64,000 nucleotides of DNA, taken from contig CBDCDC010000001.1 of the NCBI GenBank assembly GCA_965215195.1, positions 160,001 to 224,000 of the forward strand, written 5' to 3'. Numbering within the stretch: position 1 is the first letter of the stretch; every line of letters starts with the position of its first letter. Shown here one piece after another: positions 28,756 through 38,490 of the stretch. Under the pieces are notes generated by a model. That model ran no database searches. It was not told where the DNA came from and saw only the letters and a program-made list of their open reading frames with translations. A program made the position numbers and the translations under genes. Source of the DNA: Candidatus Latescibacterota bacterium. GTDB taxonomy: Bacteria > Latescibacterota > UBA2968 > UBA8231.

Positions 28756-30714
28756 ATGCAAGTTTTAAGAAAGAAAAATCAGGACGCGGCGGCAGCGGGT
28801 GTTACGGTGCGTTCTCTGCTAGTCGGGTCTTTGATGACGCTGGGCATCAGCACCATAGCACCCTACAGCAACATGATCCTGCGCGGCTCAAACTTTGCCC
28901 TCGATTTTAGTACGGCCGGCGCGATCTTTTTGTTTTTTCTCTTGGTGTTTTTTATTCAAACCGGGCTCAAGGCCCTGCATCCCCGCTTGAGCCTGCGGCG
29001 CGAGGAACTGGTGGTCATCTACATCATGGCCATCGTGGGCTGCGCCATCCCCAGTATGGGGCTCACCGAATACCTCCTGCCCATCACGAGCGGCGTGCTC
29101 TACTACGCTACCCCGGAAAACGAGTGGGCCGAGCTGATTCACCCTTTTGTACGCCCTTGGCTCGTACCGCAAGACTACGATGCAGCCCGGTATTTCTACG
29201 AAGGTCTGCCCGAGGGAATGCCCATACCGTGGTCCGCTTGGTTGGTGCCCCTGTTGGCTTGGATGCCTCTCATTCTGTGCGTGTACGTGGCCATGGTTTG
29301 CATTGCGGTCATCTTGCGGCGTCCTTGGATCCAAGACGAACGCCTGAATTTTCCGCTCATTCAAGTGCCCATCGCCATGATTGCCGAGGGCGGGCCAGCG
29401 GACAGACTCAGTCCCTTTTTCAAGAATCCGATTATGTGGGCGGGCTTTGCCATTCCCTTCGTCATCGGCTCCATCCGCGCCCTGCACAACTACTACGACT
29501 TTGTCCCGGACATCGTTCTGGTCACCAGCATCCCGCTTTTCCGCAATACCACCAACCTGCAGATCGCCCTGAGCTTCCCCATGGTGGGTTTCGCCTTTCT
29601 GGTCAATCTCGATATCGCTTTTAGTGTCTGGTTTTTTAATCTGGTCGGCCGCGTCCAAGAAGGCACCCTTGGCATTTTGGGGGTGGCGAGTACGGAAAAG
29701 CTCAATTTCGCCACCATCCCCATCTTCGCCCATCAGGGCATGGGTGCCATGATCGTGCTGGTATTCTTCAGCCTGTGGATGGCCCGCCGGCATCTGGTGC
29801 GGGTTTTCCGCAAGGCGTTCATGGGGCTCCCGGATGTCGATGATTCAGACGAGATGCTGTCCTACCGGGCCGCTGTTTGCGGCCTTATAGGCACGAGTCT
29901 TTTTATCGGGGTTTGGCTGGCACTGGCGGGTTTGGCGTGGTGGGTGGTGCCCATCTATTTATTCGCCATGTTCACGCTGTTCGTCGGCATTACCCGGGTT
30001 GTGGCCGAAGGCGGTATTGCCGCCACCCGGGCCCCGCTGATCGCCGCGGATTTTGTCACTTCGGGTCTGGGTTCTGCAGTGCTCGGAGGCCAGACCATCA
30101 CAGCGCTAAGTTTTACTTATGTTTGGGCCGCTGACATCCGCACCTTTGTCCTCGCGTCCTGCGCCAATGGCCTCAAATTGGCCGAAGAGTATTTGCGCGG
30201 GAGCAAACGGGCACTGTTTGCCGCCATCATGCTGGCCATCTGCATTAGTCTGGGGGCTTCTATTTGGATCGTACTCTATCTGAGCTATACCTACGGCGGC
30301 GTTAATCTAGAGCCTTGGTTTTTCATCAGCGGCCCCCAAGTGCCCTTCAAATTTGTGGCGCGCGAGTTCCACGCGCTAGACGGACCCGATCTGGTAGGCT
30401 GGATTTCGACCTTAGTCGGCGGCGGGGTCATGGCCCTGCTGATGGTCGCGCGTCAGCACCTGTTCTGGTGGCCCCTACACCCGCTCGGGTATGCCGTCAG
30501 CGCCAGCACCTATCTGACCAACTACATTTCTTTCAGCGTCTTTTTGGCTTGGCTCATCAAGGCCATCATTCTCAAGTACGGAGGCCCGGCCTATTTTCGG
30601 CAGGCCTGCCCTTTCTTTTTGGGATTGATTCTGGGCCAATTTTCCGTGGCCGGGGCGTGGCTGGCTATCGACTACTTTACGGGCATGACCGGCAACTCCA
30701 TTTACTGGGTATAG
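28756..30714 (+). CDS. DUF6785/DUF6784-type multi-pass membrane protein (putative peptide transporter)
   Basis: Many TM helices; ELVVIY, YYATPEN, ERLNFPL, ITRVVAEGG, WWPLHPLGY, PFFLGLILGQF motifs. Confidence 0.75.
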   Translation: MQVLRKKNQDAAAAGVTVRSLLVGSLMTLGISTIAPYSNMILRGSNFALDFSTAGAIFLFFLLVFFIQTGLKALHPRLSLRREELVVIYIMAIVGCAIPSMGLTEYLLPITSGVLYYATPENEWAELIHPFVRPWLVPQDYDAARYFYEGLPEGMPIPWSAWLVPLLAWMPLILCVYVAMVCIAVILRRPWIQDERLNFPLIQVPIAMIAEGGPADRLSPFFKNPIMWAGFAIPFVIGSIRALHNYYDFVPDIVLVTSIPLFRNTTNLQIALSFPMVGFAFLVNLDIAFSVWFFNLVGRVQEGTLGILGVASTEKLNFATIPIFAHQGMGAMIVLVFFSLWMARRHLVRVFRKAFMGLPDVDDSDEMLSYRAAVCGLIGTSLFIGVWLALAGLAWWVVPIYLFAMFTLFVGITRVVAEGGIAATRAPLIAADFVTSGLGSAVLGGQTITALSFTYVWAADIRTFVLASCANGLKLAEEYLRGSKRALFAAIMLAICISLGASIWIVLYLSYTYGGVNLEPWFFISGPQVPFKFVAREFHALDGPDLVGWISTLVGGGVMALLMVARQHLFWWPLHPLGYAVSASTYLTNYISFSVFLAWLIKAIILKYGGPAYFRQACPFFLGLILGQFSVAGAWLAIDYFTGMTGNSIYWV

Positions 30715-30718
30715 ACGC

Positions 30719-31444
30719 TCAGCCCTCGTCGTATCCCTTTACGGGCCGCGCCCAGATATTGCGATAGCGCACCAAGTCGCCGTGGTCTTGTAGGCGGAGC
30801 GGGCCGGTGGGGGGATGCGCTTCGTAGCGATAGACGCCGCGGTGGCCCGTGGGGCCTAAGACCTCGACGTGGTGGTGGACTAAGACGCCGTTGTGGGCCA
30901 AAGTGAGATAGGCCGGGCTGACTAGCTCGGTGCCGTTGAAGCGCGGGGCCTTCCAGAATATGTCGTAGGTTTGCCATTGGCCGGGCGGGCGGCAGGCGTT
31001 GACCAGCGGCGGGTACTCGCCATAGACAGCGGCTGTGGTGCCATCGGCATACGTGGGGTTGTCGTACCCGTCGAGGACTTGGATCTCGTATAGGCTCATG
31101 AGGAAGACGCCGCTGTTGCCGCGCCCTTGGCTGTCGCCTTGGATCGCGCTGGGGCAGGCGAATTCGAGGTGGTATTGGACGTCGCCAAAGTGCGCCGTGC
31201 TCACGATGTCGCCGGAACGAGGCACGACCTCCACGTAGCCGTCGGCCACCTGCCAAGGGGCGTCGCCGCCGTTGGTGCTCTGCCAGCCGTCGAGGTTGGT
31301 CCCATCGAAGAGGACGACCGCATCCGAGGGGGGGCTGTTGTCGCGGCCGGGGGTCACAACCGCTGGGGCGGGCCGCCGGTGATCGTGGACGCAATAGGGA
31401 GAGTTGGGTAGCAGGGGGGTATCGTCGTAGCCTGATTTGCCCAT
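30719..31444 (-). CDS. DUF1080 (3-keto-disaccharide hydrolase-like) protein
   Basis: PPSDAVVLFDG, GRGNSGVFL, YEIQVLD, GQWQTYDI, LQDHGDLVRYRNIW. Confidence 0.88.
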   Translation of the reverse strand: MGKSGYDDTPLLPNSPYCVHDHRRPAPAVVTPGRDNSPPSDAVVLFDGTNLDGWQSTNGGDAPWQVADGYVEVVPRSGDIVSTAHFGDVQYHLEFACPSAIQGDSQGRGNSGVFLMSLYEIQVLDGYDNPTYADGTTAAVYGEYPPLVNACRPPGQWQTYDIFWKAPRFNGTELVSPAYLTLAHNGVLVHHHVEVLGPTGHRGVYRYEAHPPTGPLRLQDHGDLVRYRNIWARPVKGYDEG

Positions 31445-31574
31445 GTGGAAAAGCTCCTTGTTGGGGTGAGATAGGTTGGGATATAAAGGGAGCAGAACGC
31501 ACTCGCGTCAATAGCCCGTCCTCGAGCACCGCATTATCATTATAATATTGAATGCCATTCAACGAGAGGGCGTG

Positions 31575-33569
31575 ATGGTACGCACACCGATGTACAGAAT
31601 TGCACTAGTCGCGCTCGCGCTGTGCGCCGCGGCGGAAGCGCAAATATCGCTGTGGCAAATCGGCGGGGCCGGGCTGGCCTGGGACGAAAGCGACACCACG
31701 CGGGTCGTCATGGACATCAACGCCGATCGCATCCGGCCGGTGTATTTTGCCGCCGGCGACAACATGTTCCTAGCGGTAGCGGGTTGGTCCGAGCTGATCG
31801 CCCCGCGCGAATTAGGATACCTCGACGGGCATCAGCCGCGGCTGTGGTATGGCGACGGCACGAACGTCAACCAAACTTCGTACTACGACAGCCCGCTCTA
31901 CGTGGATGGGCTGCGGAGCACGTACAACACGGCCCGCGATGGCTGGTGGACCATCGACATCGGCGTACCCGTGCCAGCCACGCGCTTTGGGTTTGCCACG
32001 CCGACCGAGGGCATCCGCTCCGACGGCGTTCCGCTCAACCAAGACCCGGTGCCGGCCTTTGAGGTGAGCATTGCCGCCGAGGCGAGCGACGTCCTCGCGC
32101 AAAAGGGCTATCACCGCTTGAACACCCTCATCGCCGACGTGCCGGTCAACTTCGACCCAGAGGTCGAGATCGAGTTCCCCCAGCAATACGTGCGCTTTGT
32201 GCGCTACCAGCGCAAAGCATCCGCGCTCGACGAGCAGCGCACCACCGACAGCAACACCGTGCGCGGCACCATTGCCGAGTTTGTGCTCACCGGCCGCGGC
32301 GTACCCAAGCGGGCGATTTACCGCAGCAAAATTCTCGACTTGGGGACTGAGGTCAATTTTGGCCGCTTGGCGTGGGCAGCGCACACCATGCGGATGGTCG
32401 GCGCAGAGGCCGTGGCCGCGCCCGACGCCGAGGCGTGGGTGGAGGTGGAGGTGCGGGCCGGCCGCGACGGCGATCCCAATATCTACTACGAGTACACGGA
32501 CTCGGGCCGGGAATTTGCGGTGACGCGCGAGCGCTACGAAGGCGAATTGCGCCTGCCCGAGACCGAGGGAATCCTGCAAATCGACCGCCAGCCCGGCATC
32601 CGCGCCTCCATTGGCTACGACAGCGAGCATTGGTCTTTTTGGTCCAGCCCCATTGCGGAATCCGGCACTCAACTCGACCTGCGCAATGGCTCGCATTTGC
32701 AGCTCCAAATCACCCTGCAAAGCCGGGCTTTTGGCGACTGGGTGGAGCTCGACTCGCTGTGGATTGAGACCTCGCCGCCGCTGGCCGATCAGATCGTGGG
32801 CGAGGTTGCACGTGCAGCCGACATGCAGCCCGCCCCGGGTTTTGTCCGAGTTGATTTGGGGGCGCGGGAAACGTTTGTGTACGACGTGCGCGCCTCGTTT
32901 GCCAACGCCGCCGAAGGGGGCTTTGACCGGGTGCGGATCCACACGGGCATTGCGCCCGAGTTTACGCGCTTGGAAATGGGCGACCCGCTCGCGGTCGTCG
33001 AGCCGCTAGCCGTGGTCGAAGGCGACGCCAGCTTGGAGGTGTTCCTGCCACAAAAAGTGACGGCCGAGTCCAACGAGCCGCTGCGGGTGGTCTTTGCCGC
33101 GGAGGTTTTTGCGCGTGCGACGACCTTTACCGGCGAGGCGTTGACCGCAGACGAGAGCCTGCTGCCGCAGCCGATTGAGCCGGGCGACGCCAGTGCCGCG
33201 GTCTCGACCAATAGCCTGCGAGTGCTCGGGGCTGAGGACGAGGCCGCGGAGATCATCCAGCGCGTGCGCTTGTCGAGCGGGGTCGTCACGCCCAACGGCG
33301 ACGGGGTAAACGACCGCTTAGCTATTGAGTACGCGCTGTTCCTGCTGCCGGCGCCCGTGCCGGTGGTGCTCGAGGTGTACGACTTGGCGGGCAACCGCCG
33401 CGCCCGCGTGGAGGTTGGCGCACAGAGTACCGGCCCGCAGCGGGCCTTTTGGGACGGCCGCGACGAGCAGGGTGCGCTCCTGCCGCCGGGCCTGTACTTG
33501 TTGGACTTGGCGCTGATGACCGAGGCCGAGCGCGGGCGCACGCTGCGGCCCGTTGGCTTGGTCTATTGA
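31575..33569 (+). CDS. Exported protein with TPNGD-FlgD-like C-terminal domain
   Basis: Signal peptide (..AAAEA/Q); tail VTPNGDGVND...VYDLAG...WDGRDEQGALLPPGLY...VGLVY. TATAAT at 31541-31546 and GAGAGG upstream. Confidence 0.8.
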   Translation: MVRTPMYRIALVALALCAAAEAQISLWQIGGAGLAWDESDTTRVVMDINADRIRPVYFAAGDNMFLAVAGWSELIAPRELGYLDGHQPRLWYGDGTNVNQTSYYDSPLYVDGLRSTYNTARDGWWTIDIGVPVPATRFGFATPTEGIRSDGVPLNQDPVPAFEVSIAAEASDVLAQKGYHRLNTLIADVPVNFDPEVEIEFPQQYVRFVRYQRKASALDEQRTTDSNTVRGTIAEFVLTGRGVPKRAIYRSKILDLGTEVNFGRLAWAAHTMRMVGAEAVAAPDAEAWVEVEVRAGRDGDPNIYYEYTDSGREFAVTRERYEGELRLPETEGILQIDRQPGIRASIGYDSEHWSFWSSPIAESGTQLDLRNGSHLQLQITLQSRAFGDWVELDSLWIETSPPLADQIVGEVARAADMQPAPGFVRVDLGARETFVYDVRASFANAAEGGFDRVRIHTGIAPEFTRLEMGDPLAVVEPLAVVEGDASLEVFLPQKVTAESNEPLRVVFAAEVFARATTFTGEALTADESLLPQPIEPGDASAAVSTNSLRVLGAEDEAAEIIQRVRLSSGVVTPNGDGVNDRLAIEYALFLLPAPVPVVLEVYDLAGNRRARVEVGAQSTGPQRAFWDGRDEQGALLPPGLYLLDLALMTEAERGRTLRPVGLVY

Positions 33570-33580
33570 GGGAGCAAGGC

Positions 33581-35920
33581 ATGGCGATCTGGTTCTTGTG
33601 TGCAGGTCTCGGCCTGTGGGCCGGCCCGCTCGCGGCCGAGGTTTATACCTTTGACAGTGCCGAAAAGTGGCAGACTTGGCAACTGCCGCAGGGGCTGGTG
33701 CAGCTCGGCCCGTCCGGGCACCTAGAGCTGGTCAAGTTCCGCAAGAACATTGACCCAGTGCGCGATGCGGGCGGCTTTTTCCACGATACAATGGAGCGGA
33801 AAGCCGTGCCGGGCGGCATCTTTCGGGCCGGGTCCAATCCGAGCGACGCCTTCAAGATCATCGACGGCGATTATAACACCTTCTGGCAGCCCGACCCGGC
33901 CGATCCGCTGGCCAAGTGGGAAGTCGAAATAGATCTCGGCCGGGCCGTGTTGGCCCAAGAGCTGCGCTTGCGCTTCCCCGACCAAGGAGGTGCGCGTCCC
34001 TTGCGGCAGTTTACGGTCTATGTGGCCACCGGGGCGACGATTGATCCGCGCAAGGACCTCTTCCGCTTCGAGTCGGTGTATCAGACGACCTTGCCCAACG
34101 AAGAGAGCGAAATCCGCATTGAGCTGAGCGGGCGCAACGACACAACGCGGGTCCTAGACGCTGGTTTGGATGTGGTACTTGCGGACGCGGCGCGTTTCCG
34201 GGTCATCCAGTACATTCGCATCGGCGTGGATGAGCAGAGTGCGGACGCGGCTCTCGCCGAGGTTGAAGTGCGCGCTGTCGGCGACAACCTCAGCCTCGGC
34301 GTCCTAGGGCGCGGTGGGTCCTTCAAAACCGGCCTAGTCGTCCGCGACGTGGGGGGCTTGGTCGACGGCGACATGAATACCTATGCCAACAAGTTCACTA
34401 CCTATCGAGCCACCTCTGGCTGGCGCAACGAAGGGCTGTGGTGGGAGTTGGACCTAGGGGCCCAGTTTTGGATCGACGAGCTCTTCCTCTACTTCAACGA
34501 CCGCGGCGAGGGTGCTTCCGGCTCTTCGGTGCGCAATGGGGGCACGGGATTTGCCTTCTTGGTTTCGGACGGCCGGCGCACGACCTCGGGCGCGGTGGAC
34601 TACGATCGACTGGTGGGCCACGGCAATGAGCAAAACCCCGCCGCCGGTCCAGAGCGGCACTATCGCTACTTGTTCGCGCCGCGCAAAGTGCGCTACCTGT
34701 TCTGGCACGGCTTCCTGACTGATTGGGAGTGGCACGCGCGCCCGGCCGAGCTGATGCTGTTTTCGCCCGGCTACCCCGCGCAAGTGGTGCTGCGCTCGGG
34801 CTTTATCGACTTGGGCCAGATCGTCGGCGACGGCCGTTCCAAGGCCATCAAGCACCTGTCGTGGGATGCGGATTTGCCGCAGGGAACGCGAATGCAACTG
34901 CGCTCCCGCTCGGGCGTGGTGCTCAGCGAGGAGTACACCTATCACAACAAGATCGGCGAAGAGGTCACCGAAGAGAAGTGGCTCAGCTCGCCCAAGGTGT
35001 TGCGCGGCCGGGTGGATACTATGCTGGTCGTAGGCGAGGATTGGGGCGCGTGGAGCAATGTCTATCAGCTTTCGGGCGAAGCCTTCCAGTCGGACAGCCC
35101 GCGCCGCTTCGTCCAGCTAGAAGCCCTGCTTTCGACCGAGGATCCGCAGGTTGCGCCCGCGTTGCGCTCGCTGTCGATCGAATTTGAGGACGCCTTGGTG
35201 ACCGAGGCCAAAGGGCAGATCTGGCCGCGCCAAGCCCAGCCCAACGAGGACACGCGCTTTACCTATGCGCTGTGGCTGGCGATTGCCGGAGACGACAGCG
35301 GCTTCGACCGGCTGCGGCTCATCGTCCCCGGCGGCGGCTTAGAGGCCGATGCAGTGGAGCTGACCCTTGCCGGCGAGACCATCGCCCCAGAAGAGGTCGC
35401 GCTGCGGGGCGACTCCCTTTTTGTGACCTTGGGCCAGCGCGTTGGCGGCGACTCGCTAGCAGTCCATTTCACCGCGCGTTTGTGGCGCAATGCCACGGTC
35501 TTCAGCGCGGAGCTTGGCCACGGAGATCGGCCCGGCCTCTGGCAGTCGGTGGAGGCTGCTGCTCGGCGCGCCAATGTGGTGCTCCTACCGGCGCTAGCTG
35601 GCAGCGATCGGCTCATCGGCGATCTGCAAGTTGCTCCAGCCACCGTTACGCCCAACGGCGACGGCATCAACGACCAAGTGCAGATCCGGTTTGTGATTTT
35701 TAAGGTAGAGACCGCAACGCCACAGGTGCGGGTATTCGACTTGGCGGGCCGCGTGGTGGCCGAGTTGGCCGGAGCGAGTGGAGACGTTGCTTCCTATACG
35801 TGGTCCGGGCGCGATGCCCAAGGAGTGCTGGTGCCGCCGGGACTGTATCTGTGCCACATTGATTTGGGGGCGACAGCCGGCGAGAGCGTGGCTGTGCGCC
35901 CCGTCGCTGTCATCTACTAA
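33581..35920 (+). CDS. Exported protein with discoidin-like domains and TPNGD-FlgD-like C-terminal domain
   Basis: Signal peptide (..PLAA/E); IDGDYNTFW...EIDLGR; tail VTPNGDGIND...VFDLAG...WSGRDAQGVLVPPGLY...VAVIY. Confidence 0.8.
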   Translation: MAIWFLCAGLGLWAGPLAAEVYTFDSAEKWQTWQLPQGLVQLGPSGHLELVKFRKNIDPVRDAGGFFHDTMERKAVPGGIFRAGSNPSDAFKIIDGDYNTFWQPDPADPLAKWEVEIDLGRAVLAQELRLRFPDQGGARPLRQFTVYVATGATIDPRKDLFRFESVYQTTLPNEESEIRIELSGRNDTTRVLDAGLDVVLADAARFRVIQYIRIGVDEQSADAALAEVEVRAVGDNLSLGVLGRGGSFKTGLVVRDVGGLVDGDMNTYANKFTTYRATSGWRNEGLWWELDLGAQFWIDELFLYFNDRGEGASGSSVRNGGTGFAFLVSDGRRTTSGAVDYDRLVGHGNEQNPAAGPERHYRYLFAPRKVRYLFWHGFLTDWEWHARPAELMLFSPGYPAQVVLRSGFIDLGQIVGDGRSKAIKHLSWDADLPQGTRMQLRSRSGVVLSEEYTYHNKIGEEVTEEKWLSSPKVLRGRVDTMLVVGEDWGAWSNVYQLSGEAFQSDSPRRFVQLEALLSTEDPQVAPALRSLSIEFEDALVTEAKGQIWPRQAQPNEDTRFTYALWLAIAGDDSGFDRLRLIVPGGGLEADAVELTLAGETIAPEEVALRGDSLFVTLGQRVGGDSLAVHFTARLWRNATVFSAELGHGDRPGLWQSVEAAARRANVVLLPALAGSDRLIGDLQVAPATVTPNGDGINDQVQIRFVIFKVETATPQVRVFDLAGRVVAELAGASGDVASYTWSGRDAQGVLVPPGLYLCHIDLGATAGESVAVRPVAVIY

Positions 35921-35939
35921 CCCTTGCGCAAGGAATTCC

Positions 35940-37352
35940 ATGCCCCGTCCCAATATCCTCTTCATTATGACCGACGACCACGCGGCCCACGCCATGAGTT
36001 GCTACGGCAGCCGCATCAACACCACGCCTAACCTCGACCGCATCGCCCGAGGCGGCATGCGCTTTGACCACTGCTTTTGCACCAATTCCATTTGCGGCCC
36101 CTCTCGTGCCACTATCCTCACTGGCACGTACAATCACGTCAACGGCATGACCACCCTAAACTCGCGCCACGACAACCGCCAGCTCAACTTCGCCAAGCTC
36201 TTGCAGGGCGTTGGCTACCAGACTGCCATCGTCGGCAAATGGCACCTCGGCCAAGGGCCGGCCCACTGGCCCACCGGCTTCGACTATTACAACATCCTCC
36301 AAGGCCAAGGCCCCTATTTCAACCCGGAAATGGTGTGCAACGGCGACAAGGTCCAATATCAAGGCTACACTACCGATATTATCACCGACCTGTCGCTCAA
36401 CTGGCTCCGGGTGCGCGACAAGGACCGACCGTTTTGCCTGCTGTACCACCACAAGGCCCCGCACCGCCCGTGGGAGCCGGACGAAAAACACGCCCAGCTA
36501 TACGAGGACGAGGATATTCCCGAGCCGGAGACCTTTGACGACGACTATCAGAATCGGGCGGCGGCAGCCAAGGCTGCCAAAATGCGGATCGACCGCGACC
36601 TCAACGCCACCGATCTCAAGCGGCCCGTACCCGCAGGACTGACCCCAGAAGAGGAGAAAAGGTGGAAGTACCAGCGCTATATAAAGGACTATCTGCGCTG
36701 CGTCGCCGCGGTTGATGACAACGTCGGTCGCGTGCTCGACTATCTCGACGTCGAGGGCATTGCCGACGACACCATCGTCGTCTATACCTCGGACCAGGGC
36801 TTTTTTCTCGGCGACCACGGCTGGTACGACAAGCGCTTCATGTACGAGGAGTCGCTGCGCATGCCCTTCCTCATCCGCTATCCCCGCGCCATTGCCGCCG
36901 GCCGTGTCAGTGCCGACATGATCCTCAACGTCGACTTTGCCCCCACGTTCCTCGACTACGCTGGCGTCGCCATTCCCGACTCGTTCCAAGGCCGCTCCAT
37001 GCGCCCCGTGCTGGATGGACGAACCCCGGACGATTGGCAGACCGCAATGTACTACCGCTACTGGATGCACTTGGCACACCACCACGTGTACGCCCACTAC
37101 GGAGTTCGCACCTTGCGCTACAAGCTCATCTACTACTATGCCGACGCCCTAGGCCAGCCCGGTGCCCTAGACGAGCGCAAAGAGCCGGAGTGGGAATTGT
37201 TCGATCTGGAAGAAGACCCGTGCGAATTGGTCAATGTGTACCGCGACCCAGCCTACGCCGCAGTAGTGCGCCAATTGCGCGGGGAGCTGCGCCGCCTACA
37301 GGAAAAGGTGGGCGACCAGCCCTATGTGGGGGAGGACCCGTTGCCGGATTGA
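35940..37352 (+). CDS. Cys-type sulfatase
   Basis: RPNILFIMTDDH, formylglycine motif CGPSR, GKWHL, HKAPHRPW, YTSDQGFFLGDHGWYDKR. Confidence 0.93.
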   Translation: MPRPNILFIMTDDHAAHAMSCYGSRINTTPNLDRIARGGMRFDHCFCTNSICGPSRATILTGTYNHVNGMTTLNSRHDNRQLNFAKLLQGVGYQTAIVGKWHLGQGPAHWPTGFDYYNILQGQGPYFNPEMVCNGDKVQYQGYTTDIITDLSLNWLRVRDKDRPFCLLYHHKAPHRPWEPDEKHAQLYEDEDIPEPETFDDDYQNRAAAAKAAKMRIDRDLNATDLKRPVPAGLTPEEEKRWKYQRYIKDYLRCVAAVDDNVGRVLDYLDVEGIADDTIVVYTSDQGFFLGDHGWYDKRFMYEESLRMPFLIRYPRAIAAGRVSADMILNVDFAPTFLDYAGVAIPDSFQGRSMRPVLDGRTPDDWQTAMYYRYWMHLAHHHVYAHYGVRTLRYKLIYYYADALGQPGALDERKEPEWELFDLEEDPCELVNVYRDPAYAAVVRQLRGELRRLQEKVGDQPYVGEDPLPD

Positions 37353-37468
37353 GCAGCCAGCTCAACATTCCCAGTGAAGCCCAGCAGAATACGGGTGGCG
37401 ATTTGTCACGCGCCCGAATACCCGTCGCAGGTGGTTTTACCGATTATTGAGCGACAGAAATCCTCTGA

Positions 37469-38473
37469 TTACAAACGCACTCCCTGCTCCGTGAACCAAT
37501 CCAAGGCCTCGCGGATCGATTCTTCGAGTGGCCGCGGTGCATATCTCAATTGACTCTTCGCCGAGGATTCATCAACGGATACCGGACAGTCGCGCAAGAG
37601 TTTGAGCGAATTTCGGGAGTAGAGAGGCGGTTGGTTTCGCTTCGCGGCTTTAATCAAGGGCAAACCTGCTCGGGCCAGAAAATAGGGTATGGCAGGGCGC
37701 ATCACGCTATGTCCCAAGGCTTGCGAACACAGTCGCGCCAGTTCACGGATCTTTGCGTATCGCCCCGCAGTAAAATGAACCTCGCCGCCGTATTCGTTTG
37801 CCCCTACCGCATTCGCTATGGCATGCGCCACGTCGCGCACGTCGCTCCACCAAAATCCCCCGTTGACGAGACACGGAAGCCGCTTGCGCACCATGGCGAG
37901 CAACATGCTGCCGACGAGGCTCGGCTCGCTGTCGCCGGGACCTATGAGGGCCGAAGGACAGACGATAGATGCGTTGAGCAAACCGCCTCTCGCCGCGTCG
38001 AGCACGCTTATATGCGCTTCGGCTTTGGTGGCCACGTAGGGGATTTTGGAATGTTGACCCAGTTTTGAACTGACACTTAACGTCGTTCCACGCAGCGGGC
38101 TGAATGCGTGTATGGAACTGATGTGTACCAGCCTGTGGACGCCGTTACTGATACATGCTTGAATCACATTGCGGGTGCCCGTCAGGTTGACCGCGTCAGC
38201 CAAACCTTCGGGATCAGCGTCAATTGTCACAATCGCGGCATTGTGTACGACGGCGTGAACATTTTGGAATGCTTGGTTTAACGACTCGGGATTGCGGACA
38301 TCGGCAGGCCGCAATTCGACCTGCTTGCTCAGGTCAGCGGGAAGTTTGCGCTTGCTACTCTCGTGCTCAACAGCGCACACCGCATACCCGCAGCGCAGCA
38401 AGGCGCGGCATATATGGCTGCCGAGAAAGCCCGCAGCACCGGTCACCGCCACTGTGCTATCTGTGTCTTCCAT
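37469..38473 (-). CDS. NAD-dependent epimerase/dehydratase (dihydroflavonol reductase-like)
   Basis: TGAAGFLG Rossmann motif, HISS, YxxxK (YVATK), DVRDVA. Confidence 0.88.
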   Translation of the reverse strand: MEDTDSTVAVTGAAGFLGSHICRALLRCGYAVCAVEHESSKRKLPADLSKQVELRPADVRNPESLNQAFQNVHAVVHNAAIVTIDADPEGLADAVNLTGTRNVIQACISNGVHRLVHISSIHAFSPLRGTTLSVSSKLGQHSKIPYVATKAEAHISVLDAARGGLLNASIVCPSALIGPGDSEPSLVGSMLLAMVRKRLPCLVNGGFWWSDVRDVAHAIANAVGANEYGGEVHFTAGRYAKIRELARLCSQALGHSVMRPAIPYFLARAGLPLIKAAKRNQPPLYSRNSLKLLRDCPVSVDESSAKSQLRYAPRPLEESIREALDWFTEQGVRL

Positions 38474-38490
38474 TGCTATTCAGCCTTTCC

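Noticed and set aside
28888-32942. Long alternative-frame ORFs (28888-29793, 30702-31562, 31812-32942)
   Set aside because: They overlap well-supported genes, have no family motifs, and are expected shadows in GC-rich DNA.
22182-35920. Calling FlgD-like proteins flagellar hook-cap genes
   Set aside because: The motif is only a module of large Sec-exported proteins, and no flagellar genes are present.
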